Source of the DNA: Candidatus Adlerbacteria bacterium GW2011_GWA1_54_10
GTDB taxonomy: Bacteria; Patescibacteriota; Minisyncoccia; Phycocordibacterales; SBAW01
NCBI GenBank assembly: GCA_001004665.1
Contig: LCRO01000005.1
Coordinates: forward strand, 1-37,079
Direction of reading: 5' to 3'
DNA: 37,079 bases
Of the stretch, positions 1-9,376 are shown one piece after another. Each line of letters starts with the position of its first letter. Positions within the stretch are counted from its first letter, which is position 1. Position numbers and translations under genes: made by a program. The notes below the pieces were generated by a model. It did no database searches, was not told the origin of the DNA, and worked only from the letters and a program-made list of their open reading frames with translations.

Positions 1-142
1 TCGAACCTCTTTCTTGGCGAAAAAACAGTCCGTCCCGCCGAAGGCGGGAATCCGAATTCGTTAGGAAAATTGGGGGGAAATCAGTGGGACGCGCTTCGCG
101 CGTCCCACCAAAAAGTCGGTCTTTTGTCTGAAACTCGGATTC

Positions 143-218
143 TGGAGCCAGAGGCCGGGATCGGACCGGCGACCCCCGCTTTACGAAAGCGGTGCTCTAC
201 CAACTGAGCTACTCTGGC
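143..218 (-). tRNA. tRNA-Thr (anticodon CGT), CCA encoded
   Basis: The reverse complement folds as a cloverleaf: acceptor GCCAGAG/CTCTGGC, D arm GCTC-AGTTGGTA-GAGC, anticodon arm CCGCT-TTCGTAA-AGCGG, T arm GCCGG-TCCGATC-CCGGC, discriminator T, then CCA. The T-loop has C where U55 is normally found. Confidence 0.85.
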
Positions 219-219
219 G

Positions 220-292
220 AGCCAGCGGCCAGAATCGAACTGGCGGTCTCTCCCTTACCATGGGAGTGCTTTACCGACTAAGCTACGCTGGC
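220..292 (-). tRNA. tRNA-Thr (anticodon GGT), no encoded CCA
   Basis: Reverse complement is GCCAGCG-TA-GCTT-AGTCGGTA-AAGC-A-CTCCC-ATGGTAA-GGGAG-AGACC-GCCAG-TTCGATT-CTGGC-CGCTGGC-T. The T-loop is canonical. It lies 1 nt from the neighbouring tRNA-Thr. Confidence 0.85.
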
Positions 293-483
293 GATACAAC
301 TTATAACGTACAACAAACGGCATGGATTTCAAAATCAAAAATTTTATTGCGTTTATAAAAAACACAGAGTTCAGGCGGGCTTAATCTTCCCTCGCGTACG
401 TTTTAGAAGTGTACGGATTTTTGAAGCTAAATTTTTTAGGAGCACTTCAGTAACGCGCGGTAAGTGCGCGCGTCAATGTTGCC

Positions 484-1611
484 ATGAGAGAAAACGCGAT
501 ATCAATAGTCATCCCCGCATACAACGAGGCAAGACGCCTTGGCGACACCCTTAGTACCATCGTCGAGTACATTGAAGGGAGGTTCCGTATGCACGAGATA
601 ATAATCGTCGACGACGGCAGCCGCGACCGCACCGCGGAGGCGGCCCTTTGGCTCTCGGAGAGTCGGCGCGATATCAAGGTCCTGCGGCAGTCCCCGAACC
701 GCGGCAAGGGAGCGGCGCTTCAGCGCGGAGTTTTGGAGAGCACCGGCGAGTACGTTCTGTGCACCGATGCGGACCTCTCGACGCCTATAGAGGAGATAGA
801 AAAACTGTTTCCGCGCCTGCAACGCGACGGCTATGACGTTGCAATAGGCTCGCGCAAGTTAAAGACAAGCCGCACGGTGCAACCACTCCACCGCAGGCTC
901 TTTGGCGACTTGAGCAATCTCTTTATCCGCTTAATGCTCGGGCTCCCATTCCGAGACACGCAGTGCGGATTCAAGCTCTTCCGCCGCAACGCGGCTGTGA
1001 GGCTCTTTAAGCCGCTAAAAATGCAGCGCTTCAGCTATGACTTCGAGGTTCTCCTGCGCGCGCAAAAACTGGGCATGCACGTCGCCGAGGTCGGTGTGCG
1101 CTGGACTCACTCGCCGCAGACAACGGTTACCGCACGCGACGCGGTACAGTCCTTCTTTGACGTTTTCCGCGTGCGCTTCGGGCTTACAGAGGAATTCGGC
1201 TCCCCGCTCCCATCTCTCGAACTTCTCAAATTTATGGCAGTCGGCGTCGTAAACACTCTCGTGGACGCAGGAGTGTACGTTGCGCTTACGCGCGCCATCG
1301 CAATCTTCGCAGGAGCACCTGTTACGGCAAAATTCTTTTCCTTCGTTTGCGCGACGATATCCTCGCTGATACTCAACCGATATTGGACCTTCGACATCCG
1401 CGCTCCTCTTACACTCGGCGAGGTAGCGCGCTTTTATGCCGCGGTATCGGCGGGGCTTGCCGTCAACGTCGTCGCCATGTACGTCTTCGTGCATATTTTC
1501 GGAATATACGACCTGCTTTCGCTCGTGCTTGCGACTGCATTCACTTTCACCGTCAACTTTACGCTGTCGAAATTCTGGGTGTTTAAAAACCAATTAGCCG
1601 CACGAATATGA
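484..1611 (+). CDS. Family 2 glycosyltransferase (polyprenyl/dolichyl-phosphate sugar transferase-like) fused to a C-terminal GtrA-like membrane domain
   Basis: N-terminal GT-A motifs are present (SIVIPAYNE, IIIVDDGSRDRT, CTDADLS). The C-terminal roughly 130 aa has 4 hydrophobic helices with GtrA-type LNRYWTF and LSKFWVF motifs. Confidence 0.85.
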   Translation: MRENAISIVIPAYNEARRLGDTLSTIVEYIEGRFRMHEIIIVDDGSRDRTAEAALWLSESRRDIKVLRQSPNRGKGAALQRGVLESTGEYVLCTDADLSTPIEEIEKLFPRLQRDGYDVAIGSRKLKTSRTVQPLHRRLFGDLSNLFIRLMLGLPFRDTQCGFKLFRRNAAVRLFKPLKMQRFSYDFEVLLRAQKLGMHVAEVGVRWTHSPQTTVTARDAVQSFFDVFRVRFGLTEEFGSPLPSLELLKFMAVGVVNTLVDAGVYVALTRAIAIFAGAPVTAKFFSFVCATISSLILNRYWTFDIRAPLTLGEVARFYAAVSAGLAVNVVAMYVFVHIFGIYDLLSLVLATAFTFTVNFTLSKFWVFKNQLAARI

Positions 1612-1826
1612 ACTTCGACACGAACCAAGGCCTAATAACATCTGCGGGATATGCGACCCCCCAGAACATTTATGAGAAGAATGCCCTACCCCTCGATACA
1701 GCGCAGTTGCTGCTTGCCATTGCGCTCTCGCTTGTGATTTTAGGCGCGCTCCTTGTTGAGCAGAAGACCCTGCGCAGGGTCTCCGGCTATTTGGGATTCT
1801 CGCCAAGGGAGGCCAGAGCTCACTGA
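1608..1826 (+). CDS. Small hypothetical membrane protein (one TM helix)
   Basis: ATGA start/stop overlap with the upstream gene, and it ends 3 nt before the next start. There is a single hydrophobic stretch, LLLAIALSLVILGALLV. I recognise no family. Confidence 0.45.
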   Translation: MNFDTNQGLITSAGYATPQNIYEKNALPLDTAQLLLAIALSLVILGALLVEQKTLRRVSGYLGFSPREARAH

Positions 1827-1828
1827 AC

Positions 1829-3103
1829 ATGGGACCGCGGCTTTTAGGATTTGCACTGCTCGGCATCGCCATAGTGACAACGTTTGGTGTCTGGTATCTA
1901 AGCAGCGACCGCTCCGAGATTCCGCTCGTTTTCTCTCCCGTGCAGATGATAGGGGCGACTTGGGAGAGATATAAGGAAAATTATCTTGAGAAAGACACGC
2001 GGCGCACCATTGATCGCGGACGCGGCGATGTTACGACCTCGGAGGGGCAAAGCTATACGATGCTCCGCGCAGTATGGATGGGGGACAAAGAGACTTTTGA
2101 CGCCTCGCACCGCTGGAGCAAGGATAATCTGTGGCGCCGCGAGGACAGGCTACTCGCGTGGCTTTTCGGAAAACGCTCGGACGGCACGTGGGGAATACTC
2201 GCGAGCGAGGGCGGTTATAACGCCGCAAGCGATGCCGACACCGACACCGCGCTCGCATTGATCTTTGCCTACGCGCGCTGGCAGGACGACACCTATCTCG
2301 GCGATGCGCTCGCCATGCTCGATTCCATTTGGGAAAAAGAGGTCATAGAGGTCCGTAGCAGGCCATACCTAGCCGCGAACAATTTGGAAAAATTCTCCGG
2401 TGACGAGTGGGCGCTTATAAATCCATCCTATTTTAATCCCGCCGCGTATCGGATTTTTGCAAAGATCGATCCCAGCCACCCGTGGGAAACTCTGGTGGAA
2501 AGCTCGTATGACCTGCTTGAGCGCGGCATGGAATCGCCGCTTCAGGGTGGAAAGAGTGCCGTACTGCCTCCAGACTGGCTATTAATAAACAAAAGTACAG
2601 GCGAACTTGCCGCGCCCGGCAGGGGCCTTACGACGAACTTTGGCTACGACGCTCTGCGCTCTCCATGGAGACTCGCGCTTGACATAGAGTGGTTTGGCAG
2701 TCCGCGGGCGCGCGAGCTCCTGCAAAAAATGTCAGCCCTCTCCGCGAATTGGGAGAGGGACCGCTCCCTGGTCTCCATATACACGCACCAGGGCGCACCC
2801 GCGAGCTCTGTCGAGAGCCCGGCGCTCTATGGCGGAGTTCTTGGACATTTTATGGAAAAGGATCCGAAGATGGCCGAGGAAGTATACAGGCAGAAACTCC
2901 AATATCTCTTCGACCCGGGAAGGAACGACTGGAAAGAAAGACTCTCGTATTACGACGACAACTGGGCCTGGCTGGGCATTGCGCTCTACAATCGCTTGCT
3001 CCCCAACCTGGCCGCGCCGCTTATCGCGAAGGGAACCAACTTCGTCCTACCGCACACATCGCGTACGCCGGGCTTCGCCATCCCTTCATTATCAGCCTTG
3101 TAA
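1829..3103 (+). CDS. Glycoside hydrolase family 8 endo-beta-1,4-glucanase (BcsZ-like), membrane-anchored or secreted
   Basis: N-terminal hydrophobic anchor. TTSEGQSYTML matches the catalytic Glu region. ASDADTDTALALIFAYARW matches the GH8 signature A-[ST]-D-[AG]-D-x2-[IM]-A-x-[SA]-[LIVM]-[LIVMG]-x-A-x3-[FW] except at one position. Confidence 0.9.
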   Translation: MGPRLLGFALLGIAIVTTFGVWYLSSDRSEIPLVFSPVQMIGATWERYKENYLEKDTRRTIDRGRGDVTTSEGQSYTMLRAVWMGDKETFDASHRWSKDNLWRREDRLLAWLFGKRSDGTWGILASEGGYNAASDADTDTALALIFAYARWQDDTYLGDALAMLDSIWEKEVIEVRSRPYLAANNLEKFSGDEWALINPSYFNPAAYRIFAKIDPSHPWETLVESSYDLLERGMESPLQGGKSAVLPPDWLLINKSTGELAAPGRGLTTNFGYDALRSPWRLALDIEWFGSPRARELLQKMSALSANWERDRSLVSIYTHQGAPASSVESPALYGGVLGHFMEKDPKMAEEVYRQKLQYLFDPGRNDWKERLSYYDDNWAWLGIALYNRLLPNLAAPLIAKGTNFVLPHTSRTPGFAIPSLSAL

Positions 3104-3111
3104 TTTAAATT

Positions 3112-4668
3112 ATGAACAACCAATACGACGAATTGCCGGACCCCAAGAAAGCGTTCCTGAATACGGACTCGCCGCGCGGTTTATTGGCGCTTAATGCCAT
3201 CATCGCCGCGATTTATTTTTACGTGCTGGTGTTCCACTTTACGCCGGGTAATCCGATACTCTTTACCCTCCTTGTCATCGGGCAGATATTCAATCTCTGG
3301 CAGGTATTCACATTTATATACACGGTCTGGGATACGAGCTACGAGGCGCCGCGCAATCCCGCTTATCACGCCGCGGTTGACGTCTTTATCACCGTGGCGG
3401 GCGAGCCAACCGCGCTCGTGCGCGAGACCGTGCGCGCAGCCGTTGCTATGCGGCATCCGGCGAAAAGGGTATACATACTCAACGACGGGTACGTGACAAA
3501 AAAAGAAAACTGGCGAGACATGGAGGCGCTCGCGGCGCTCGAGGGAGTGCAGTGCATTACGCGCACGGTCCCTGGCGGAGCGAAGGCCGGCAACATCAAC
3601 AACGCACTTCGGCTTACGAGCTCGCCGCTTGTCGTCATCTTCGACGCGGACCATGTGCCTCATCCCGATTTTTTGGAGAAGACCGTGCCTTACTTTGCCG
3701 ACCCAAAAGTCGGCTTCGTGCAGACGCCACAGTTCTATAAAAATTTCGCGCAAAATTACTTGACGCAGGGCGCGTGGGAACAGCAAGAGCTTTTCTTCGG
3801 CCCCATTTGCAAGGGCAAGAACCGGCTCAACTCCACCATCATGTGCGGCACTAACATGGTTTTGCGCCGTGAGGCGCTGTTTGCAGTCGGCGGTATGTGC
3901 ACGGAATCCATTACCGAAGATTTCGTGACGGGCATGTTCATGCACGAGAAAGGTTATAAGAGCGTGTACCACGGAGAGGTTTTGGCGGAGGGACTCGCGC
4001 CGGAGGACTTTCTCTCCTACACGCGCCAGCAGTTCCGCTGGGCGCGCGGGTGCCTGGACGCCATCTTCCGCTACAATCCGATATTCCGCAGCGGACTTAC
4101 CTTCGCCCAGCGCATTCAATATCTGTCCTCCGCCAGCTTCTTTCTCTCCGGCTCCATCGTCCTGATGCATTCTATACTGCCCATAATATTTCTCTACACC
4201 GGCGCGGTACCCGTCATTATATCCGGCATGTTGCTTACGGCGGTATTCCTGCCTTACATATTCTTGACGCTGTACGCAATACAGCGCTCGAGCAACTTTA
4301 CCTTCACCTTTCCCTCCCTCGCGCTCGCAATGGGCGCCTTTACCATCCAGCTTAAGGCACTCTATGGGGCTCTACTGCGGCAAAAGACCTCCTTTACCGT
4401 GACTCCGAAGGAGGCTGTGACGGGCAACTTCGTAAGGCTCGCGAGTGTGCACATCATATATATCGCCGTCGCCGTCTTCGGCGTGCTGGTCGCGTTCGCG
4501 CGCGAGGGGCTTTCTGCGTCGCTCGTCAACAACCTTGCGTGGGTGATATTCTCCGTCGCGATATTCATACCCTTTATCCGCGCCTCTCTGCCTCCCAAAA
4601 AAGCCGCGGCATTGTCCGTGCCGGAAAAGGAGCGCGCCGAAAAACAAGCTTATGAGCGCCATTTTTAA
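3112..4668 (+). CDS. Processive family 2 beta-glycan synthase (cellulose synthase catalytic subunit BcsA/CelA-like), without a PilZ domain
   Basis: The D,D,D,QxxRW set is present: ILNDG, KAGNINNAL, VVIFDADHVP, FVQTPQFY, TEDF and QQFRWARG. It has N- and C-terminal TM helices. The protein ends about 30 aa after the last TM, so there is no room for a PilZ domain. Confidence 0.9.
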   Translation: MNNQYDELPDPKKAFLNTDSPRGLLALNAIIAAIYFYVLVFHFTPGNPILFTLLVIGQIFNLWQVFTFIYTVWDTSYEAPRNPAYHAAVDVFITVAGEPTALVRETVRAAVAMRHPAKRVYILNDGYVTKKENWRDMEALAALEGVQCITRTVPGGAKAGNINNALRLTSSPLVVIFDADHVPHPDFLEKTVPYFADPKVGFVQTPQFYKNFAQNYLTQGAWEQQELFFGPICKGKNRLNSTIMCGTNMVLRREALFAVGGMCTESITEDFVTGMFMHEKGYKSVYHGEVLAEGLAPEDFLSYTRQQFRWARGCLDAIFRYNPIFRSGLTFAQRIQYLSSASFFLSGSIVLMHSILPIIFLYTGAVPVIISGMLLTAVFLPYIFLTLYAIQRSSNFTFTFPSLALAMGAFTIQLKALYGALLRQKTSFTVTPKEAVTGNFVRLASVHIIYIAVAVFGVLVAFAREGLSASLVNNLAWVIFSVAIFIPFIRASLPPKKAAALSVPEKERAEKQAYERHF

Positions 4669-6226
4669 GTCGCCGCCCATCCTGCTGACTGCGCTTGTTA
4701 TATTCGCGGGCGGTCTTTCGCTTTTCTTCTTTTCCTCGCAGTCCCTGCGGCTGGACGAGGCACAAAGCCTTTGGCAAACCTCTCGCGCGCCGGTCGACAT
4801 CGCGACAATAGTCGCCAAGGACGTCCATGTGCCGCTTTATCATTTCCTGCTTTACGGATGGCGGCTCCTGTTCGGCGGCGGTGTAGAGACGGCGCGCATG
4901 CTTTCCCTGCTGTTTTATCTCCTATCGATACCCGCGCTATATGCACTGGGGAAGCTTGCCTACAACAAAGAGGCCGGGCTTTTTGCCGCGGCGCTTTTTG
5001 CGATCTCGCCTTTTATGAACTGGTATGGTAATGAGATACGCATGTATACGCTGTTCACACTGCTCGTGATATTGAATCAATACTTCTTTATAAAACTGTG
5101 GAAATCCGCGCGTCATACTGACAGCGCGTCGAGCGGAGCAGCGCTTTATGCCGTAACCGCCATTCTTGGAATGTATTCGCATTATTTCTTCTTTCTTGTC
5201 CTTGCAGGACAGGCTGTATTTTATTTTTTGCGGCGGCAGATTTTCCCGAGAGGCACACTGCGCAAACTAATAACAAGCTGGATGCTGGTCGCCCTAGCTC
5301 TCCTGCCATGGGGTTATTATGTGTATTCCATAGGCGAGGTGCAAAACCAGGAGCCGTTGCTGCAAGCTCCCACAAGTATTATCCTCTTTAACGCCTTTTC
5401 GCAATTCCTCTTCGGCTTTCAGGCCGATCACATAAACACCGTGTTTCTTTCGCTCTGGCCGATAGCCGTCATACTTGCGTTCCTCGCCTTACGCAAGCGC
5501 CACGGTGGCATCTCTCCGGAAACAGAATACTTTTTCCTAACAGTAATGCTCTCGACGGCGCTGGCGTTCGGGATAAGCCTGACATTCCATCCAGTGTTCA
5601 CCAGTCGTTATCTTATCCTAGCGGTACCTTCGCTTTACTTGCTCGTAACCAGCGTTTTTTCACTGTACCCGGAGCGCGCCGCGCGCTTTGCGCGCGGCGC
5701 GGCCCTCTTTGTAATGGCCGCGACGCTCATAATAGAGCTTTTCTCGCCCACGACACCGGTTAAAGAGAACTATCGCGAGGCTGCGCAGTACCTCACGGCA
5801 CATGCGGGAGGCGCCGACGTGATACTGCTCTCCGCCCCCTTTACCATTTATCCGATCGAATACTATTATCGCGGCGCGGCGCCCATCAGGACCTTGCCTC
5901 TGTGGAATCGCTACGCCTTCGGCCCCATACCTCCTTTCATCCCCGACAAATTCCCCGGCGAGGTAGCGCAAGCCACGCAAGCGAACCAAAACGCATGGAT
6001 CCTGCTCTCTTACGACCAGGGGTACCAGGAGGACATCAGACTTTATTTCGACACGCACTATCAAAGAACCGACGAGCGCGTTTTCTCGCCTGGCCTCACT
6101 CTTTACAAATACAAACTGCGCTACGACACCCCGCTTTCGGAGCGAAGCAAAAAATCCATCGAAAAAAGTCTAGGCGGGGACGTGCCAAAATTTGCGGAGC
6201 AAATTTTGGGGTTAAGGACTTTTTAA
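4652..6226 (+). CDS. GT-C fold membrane glycosyltransferase (GT39/ArnT/PMT_2-like)
   Basis: There are more than 10 predicted TM helices. A first-loop acidic motif, LRLDEAQSLW, is typical of the ArnT/PMT family. The C-terminal soluble domain is not recognised. It overlaps the upstream synthase gene by 17 nt. Confidence 0.75.
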   Translation: MSAIFKSPPILLTALVIFAGGLSLFFFSSQSLRLDEAQSLWQTSRAPVDIATIVAKDVHVPLYHFLLYGWRLLFGGGVETARMLSLLFYLLSIPALYALGKLAYNKEAGLFAAALFAISPFMNWYGNEIRMYTLFTLLVILNQYFFIKLWKSARHTDSASSGAALYAVTAILGMYSHYFFFLVLAGQAVFYFLRRQIFPRGTLRKLITSWMLVALALLPWGYYVYSIGEVQNQEPLLQAPTSIILFNAFSQFLFGFQADHINTVFLSLWPIAVILAFLALRKRHGGISPETEYFFLTVMLSTALAFGISLTFHPVFTSRYLILAVPSLYLLVTSVFSLYPERAARFARGAALFVMAATLIIELFSPTTPVKENYREAAQYLTAHAGGADVILLSAPFTIYPIEYYYRGAAPIRTLPLWNRYAFGPIPPFIPDKFPGEVAQATQANQNAWILLSYDQGYQEDIRLYFDTHYQRTDERVFSPGLTLYKYKLRYDTPLSERSKKSIEKSLGGDVPKFAEQILGLRTF

Positions 6227-6247
6227 GAGGGATTTTTTGCGAAGCGT

Positions 6248-7708
6248 TTACGGAACCAGCGAGAGAGCGAAGTCCGGCCACCAGGTGCCCGCGGACGGAC
6301 CGCCGTTGCAGTTACCGTCGGACTCGCCCGGGACCTTGAGCCACAGGTATCCGTCTACAAGCCCGTTGCCTGTTTGCGAGGTCGTGCGCTCGCCTATCTT
6401 GCGCCCCCACGGATTGCACCATGTGTCGCCCGGCCCCGAACCATTGCGTGCAGTGTCCACGACAAAGTGCTTGCCGCCTATTTTTTGCGAGATCTGCGTT
6501 CCATAATTTATTTCGCTGTTCGTCCAGTTGAAGTTCGATACATTGACCGAGAAGCCGTCTGCCTTAGATACGCCCGCCCTCTCAAGTCGCCCCGCCATAG
6601 TGTCTGCGTCCTTCCAATTGCTGTGGCCAGCATCCAGATATACTTTGGTGTTGCCATTAGATTTAAGTATCGAGATTGCGTTTGAGAGCATGTCCATGCG
6701 GATTTCTTGATCTTTTTTGGAGAGGCAGTCGAGCGATGCCAGCGCGTCGGGCTCGAGTATTACAACTGCCGCATTGGAGCCTATACCGCGCGAGAGCGCG
6801 CCTATCCAGTTATTGTAAGCATTTTTAGAGTCCGCACCGCCCGCGGAGTACCCGCCGCAGTCGCGGCCGGGCACGTTGTAAGCAATGAGCATGGGTGCCG
6901 AACCCTGCGCCCTTGCACCGTCTATTATCTGCCGCACAGCCTGCTCCACGTCGCCGCTCCAGCCGCCAAGCCAGCTTGCGGTCGCGGTTTGCGCAAGGAG
7001 ATCCATTTTTGTGGCATCTGCGGGACGCGACGCTCGCCACACCTGCGCTTGCGCCGCCGCGGAGGAATTTGGATTTACATAGAGCCTAAGCCCAAGCAAC
7101 GTGTTGTTTGCCGGTTGCACAGTATTTACATTCGTCGTTTGAGATGAATTCTCAATGACGGAAGTCGGGCTAGTACTCGATTGTTGATTGTCAGTAGTCG
7201 ATTGTTGGTTATTTATTGTCGATTGCTGTACCGGCAGTCCGTTGTCGATGTATATATTGACCGACTGCTCCGCGATTACCGATCCGCCCTGCTTGGCTAC
7301 AAAGTTTATTGCGTAAGGCCCGCTACCCTTCCATGTCCAGCCAGAAAGATCTACAGCAGCCTCTTTGTGCGGATAATCGTGATAATCGTTCCACATCGAG
7401 TTAAGCTGCCCGCTGTCGACTTGCCAATACATTTCATATTGCTCGACAGCTATTCCCTCTACCATCGCCTTAAACGGCTGAGTCCCCGTAACGTGAGCGC
7501 CGTTTGTCGGCCACCAAACATTAACGGAAGCCGCCCTGACAAGACTCCACGATACATCAATGGGAAGAAGGAGCATCCCTGCAAGAGAAACGCTGGTAAA
7601 AAGCAGCTTCAGCGAATTAGTAGTAATGAGAAGCCGAATCGGATTAACGGATTTACGAGTAGACTTATAAGTAATCGGGGAACGCGAACGAATTTCTTTT
7701 CCGATCAT
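6248..7708 (-). CDS. Secreted glycoside hydrolase family 6 (endoglucanase/cellobiohydrolase) with an N-terminal beta-sandwich domain and a Q/S/T/N-rich linker
   Basis: Both GH6 signatures are present: IAYNVPGRDCGGYSAGG (pattern V-x-Y-x2-P-x-R-D-C) and VVILEPDALA. YLDAGHSNW and WLKVPGESDG are also present. There is an N-terminal hydrophobic signal/anchor and a linker QQSTINNQQSTTDNQQSSTS. Confidence 0.9.
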   Translation of the reverse strand: MIGKEIRSRSPITYKSTRKSVNPIRLLITTNSLKLLFTSVSLAGMLLLPIDVSWSLVRAASVNVWWPTNGAHVTGTQPFKAMVEGIAVEQYEMYWQVDSGQLNSMWNDYHDYPHKEAAVDLSGWTWKGSGPYAINFVAKQGGSVIAEQSVNIYIDNGLPVQQSTINNQQSTTDNQQSSTSPTSVIENSSQTTNVNTVQPANNTLLGLRLYVNPNSSAAAQAQVWRASRPADATKMDLLAQTATASWLGGWSGDVEQAVRQIIDGARAQGSAPMLIAYNVPGRDCGGYSAGGADSKNAYNNWIGALSRGIGSNAAVVILEPDALASLDCLSKKDQEIRMDMLSNAISILKSNGNTKVYLDAGHSNWKDADTMAGRLERAGVSKADGFSVNVSNFNWTNSEINYGTQISQKIGGKHFVVDTARNGSGPGDTWCNPWGRKIGERTTSQTGNGLVDGYLWLKVPGESDGNCNGGPSAGTWWPDFALSLVP

Positions 7709-7833
7709 TCGCCAAGTACTGTAACGGGTACTGTGCGATTGACTTCAAGCTTGCTTTTATCCCCGAATGAATATTTTCTGAAATTCTCTTGTCCAGCAAC
7801 TCATTTCTTCTTCATGAATCGCGAGTGAAGGTT

Positions 7834-8400
7834 TCAATTATTTAACTGGACAAAGGGTATCCAGTCGTAAGCATAGACCGCCACTAGTGCGAGCCCTGTA
7901 TTGAAAATCGTCGTGCCTATGGCAAGCGGTATCATCACCCGGAGAATCGGATATTTTAGAAAACCCATCGGGATAGTAATGACGTCATTCGAGAACGGCA
8001 CCAGCGCGCCGTATAGGAAAAAGACAGAGGGCAGGAGTCTCGGGTGCGCCTCTTGTATGCGAGAGAGTCTTTGCATCGCGTTTTGTAGCCGAACAGGAAT
8101 TATTTCGCGCCCAAAGTAGCCTATAAGATAAGACGTGCAGTCGCCGAGCGAGACGGCAATTGCCGTTAAGGGGCCGAGTATCCACGGATTAAGTCCGCCA
8201 GCCGCAAACCCGATGAGAACAAGATGATAAGGGATGCCGCTAAAGGTCGTGAGCCCGCCCAAAAATGCGAGAACAAAAATAAGCACATACGCATTTTCAA
8301 TTCCGATATACGCAACGATTTTTCCCGGCGTTAAAAACAGGAACAAAAGCGAAACGCCGACAAAAGTCACTACCGGCAAAAACCGCAAATATTTTTTCAT
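7834..8400 (-). CDS. Integral membrane protein, DedA/VTT (SNARE-associated) family-like
   Basis: Five to six TM helices and about 188 aa. The GIPYHLVLIGFAAG and FLYGALVPFSNDVITIPMG regions resemble VTT-domain proteins. The assignment is from memory only. Confidence 0.45.
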   Translation of the reverse strand: MKKYLRFLPVVTFVGVSLLFLFLTPGKIVAYIGIENAYVLIFVLAFLGGLTTFSGIPYHLVLIGFAAGGLNPWILGPLTAIAVSLGDCTSYLIGYFGREIIPVRLQNAMQRLSRIQEAHPRLLPSVFFLYGALVPFSNDVITIPMGFLKYPILRVMIPLAIGTTIFNTGLALVAVYAYDWIPFVQLNN

Positions 8401-8741
8401 CGCGGTTTTTCCGGCGGAAGAGGACCTTTATTATCTAAAATCCTGATAAGCACCGCATCTATGGAACCGTTTTCATTCTTGCCAATTACCATCAATCGGT
8501 CGCCGACCTCGGGCGGGCCGACGGTCGTTCGGCCTTTCCGGATTACGGTCTGTTCGCTCATGCGCACTGTGCGCTCCCTTCCACGAACATCCGAAATGAC
8601 GATCCGGTCCTCCGCGGCGCTTACGACCTCTCCGATGTGTTGCTGCTCGCGCCACTGCGCCTGCCGATATGCCGACGCGGCAAGAAAAAAAGCCGCGATT
8701 ATCGCAATAACGCTTAAAAATACGACGGCGCTACGCTTCAT
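8397..8741 (-). CDS. Hypothetical small membrane-anchored or secreted protein
   Basis: The ORF-track start at 8825 runs through tRNA-Asp. The internal ATG at 8741 gives MKRSAVVFLSVIAIIAAFFLAASA, which is signal/anchor-like. ATGA overlap with the downstream gene. Confidence 0.5.
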   Translation of the reverse strand: MKRSAVVFLSVIAIIAAFFLAASAYRQAQWREQQHIGEVVSAAEDRIVISDVRGRERTVRMSEQTVIRKGRTTVGPPEVGDRLMVIGKNENGSIDAVLIRILDNKGPLPPEKPR

Positions 8742-8766
8742 ATATCTACACGATACACCAAAATTG

Positions 8767-8841
8767 CGCGAGAGACGGGATTTGAACCCGCAACCTCCGC
8801 CGTGACAGGGCGGCGCTCTAACCAAGTTGAGCTACTCCCGC
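8767..8841 (-). tRNA. tRNA-Asp (anticodon GTC)
   Basis: Reverse complement is GCGGGAG-TA-GCTC-AACTTGGTTA-GAGC-G-CCGCC-CTGTCAC-GGCGG-AGGTT-GCGGG-TTCAAAT-CCCGT-CTCTCGC-G. Confidence 0.9.
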
Positions 8842-8935
8842 AGACAAAAGAAGTTTAGCCCATTTTCCATTACTGTTCAATAATTAAATTTTTGTGCTAT
8901 GATTAAAAACAGATGAAGGAGGTGGGGAGGTTGTC

Positions 8936-9352
8936 ATGTCCAAACCTGTACGGAGGCATCGCCGACCATATAGAAACGGCTACGTCAGACAGCATTCGCG
9001 CGGCACACGCGCGGAGCGGCGCTTTTTTGAGGCGATACGCAGATATCGCAGACTTTTTCCGCAGTGGCTTTTCGATATCCGGCAAGCCACGCCCGAGCTC
9101 GACAGGGCGGGAGTGGACGCGGTTATTTATACCACCGAAGCGATTTTCTACCCGAACATAAAAAGCGATGCCGACGGAGAGTCCGTGCGGTATCATATGT
9201 TCAAATACCCCTTAATTCCATACATTGTCGTCCACTCGGAGGAAAACTATCAGCAAATTTTTGACCGCACGGTCGAAACCGCGATGGCCCTGCGGGAAGA
9301 ATTTTTCGCCCGGCAATGCTCCGCGCAATCGCCCCGACGGCAGTCCCAGTGA
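8936..9352 (+). CDS. Hypothetical protein with a basic N-terminus
   Basis: A strong SD (GAAGGAGGTGGGGAGG) lies just upstream of the ATG. Amino-acid composition is protein-like. I recognise no family. Confidence 0.5.
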   Translation: MSKPVRRHRRPYRNGYVRQHSRGTRAERRFFEAIRRYRRLFPQWLFDIRQATPELDRAGVDAVIYTTEAIFYPNIKSDADGESVRYHMFKYPLIPYIVVHSEENYQQIFDRTVETAMALREEFFARQCSAQSPRRQSQ

Positions 9353-9376
9353 CTGCCGTTTTTCACTTCATTAGTG

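Noticed and set aside
3181-4170. 329-aa minus-strand ORF
   Set aside because: It is antisense to the BcsA-like synthase core, has R/A/G-rich junk composition and shows no recognisable motifs.
8742-8825. N-terminal extension of the 142-aa ORF, and also the 112-aa ORF at 9507-9845
   Set aside because: Both run through well-folding tRNA genes (tRNA-Asp and the initiator-like tRNA). Their translated sequence there is simply tRNA read as protein.
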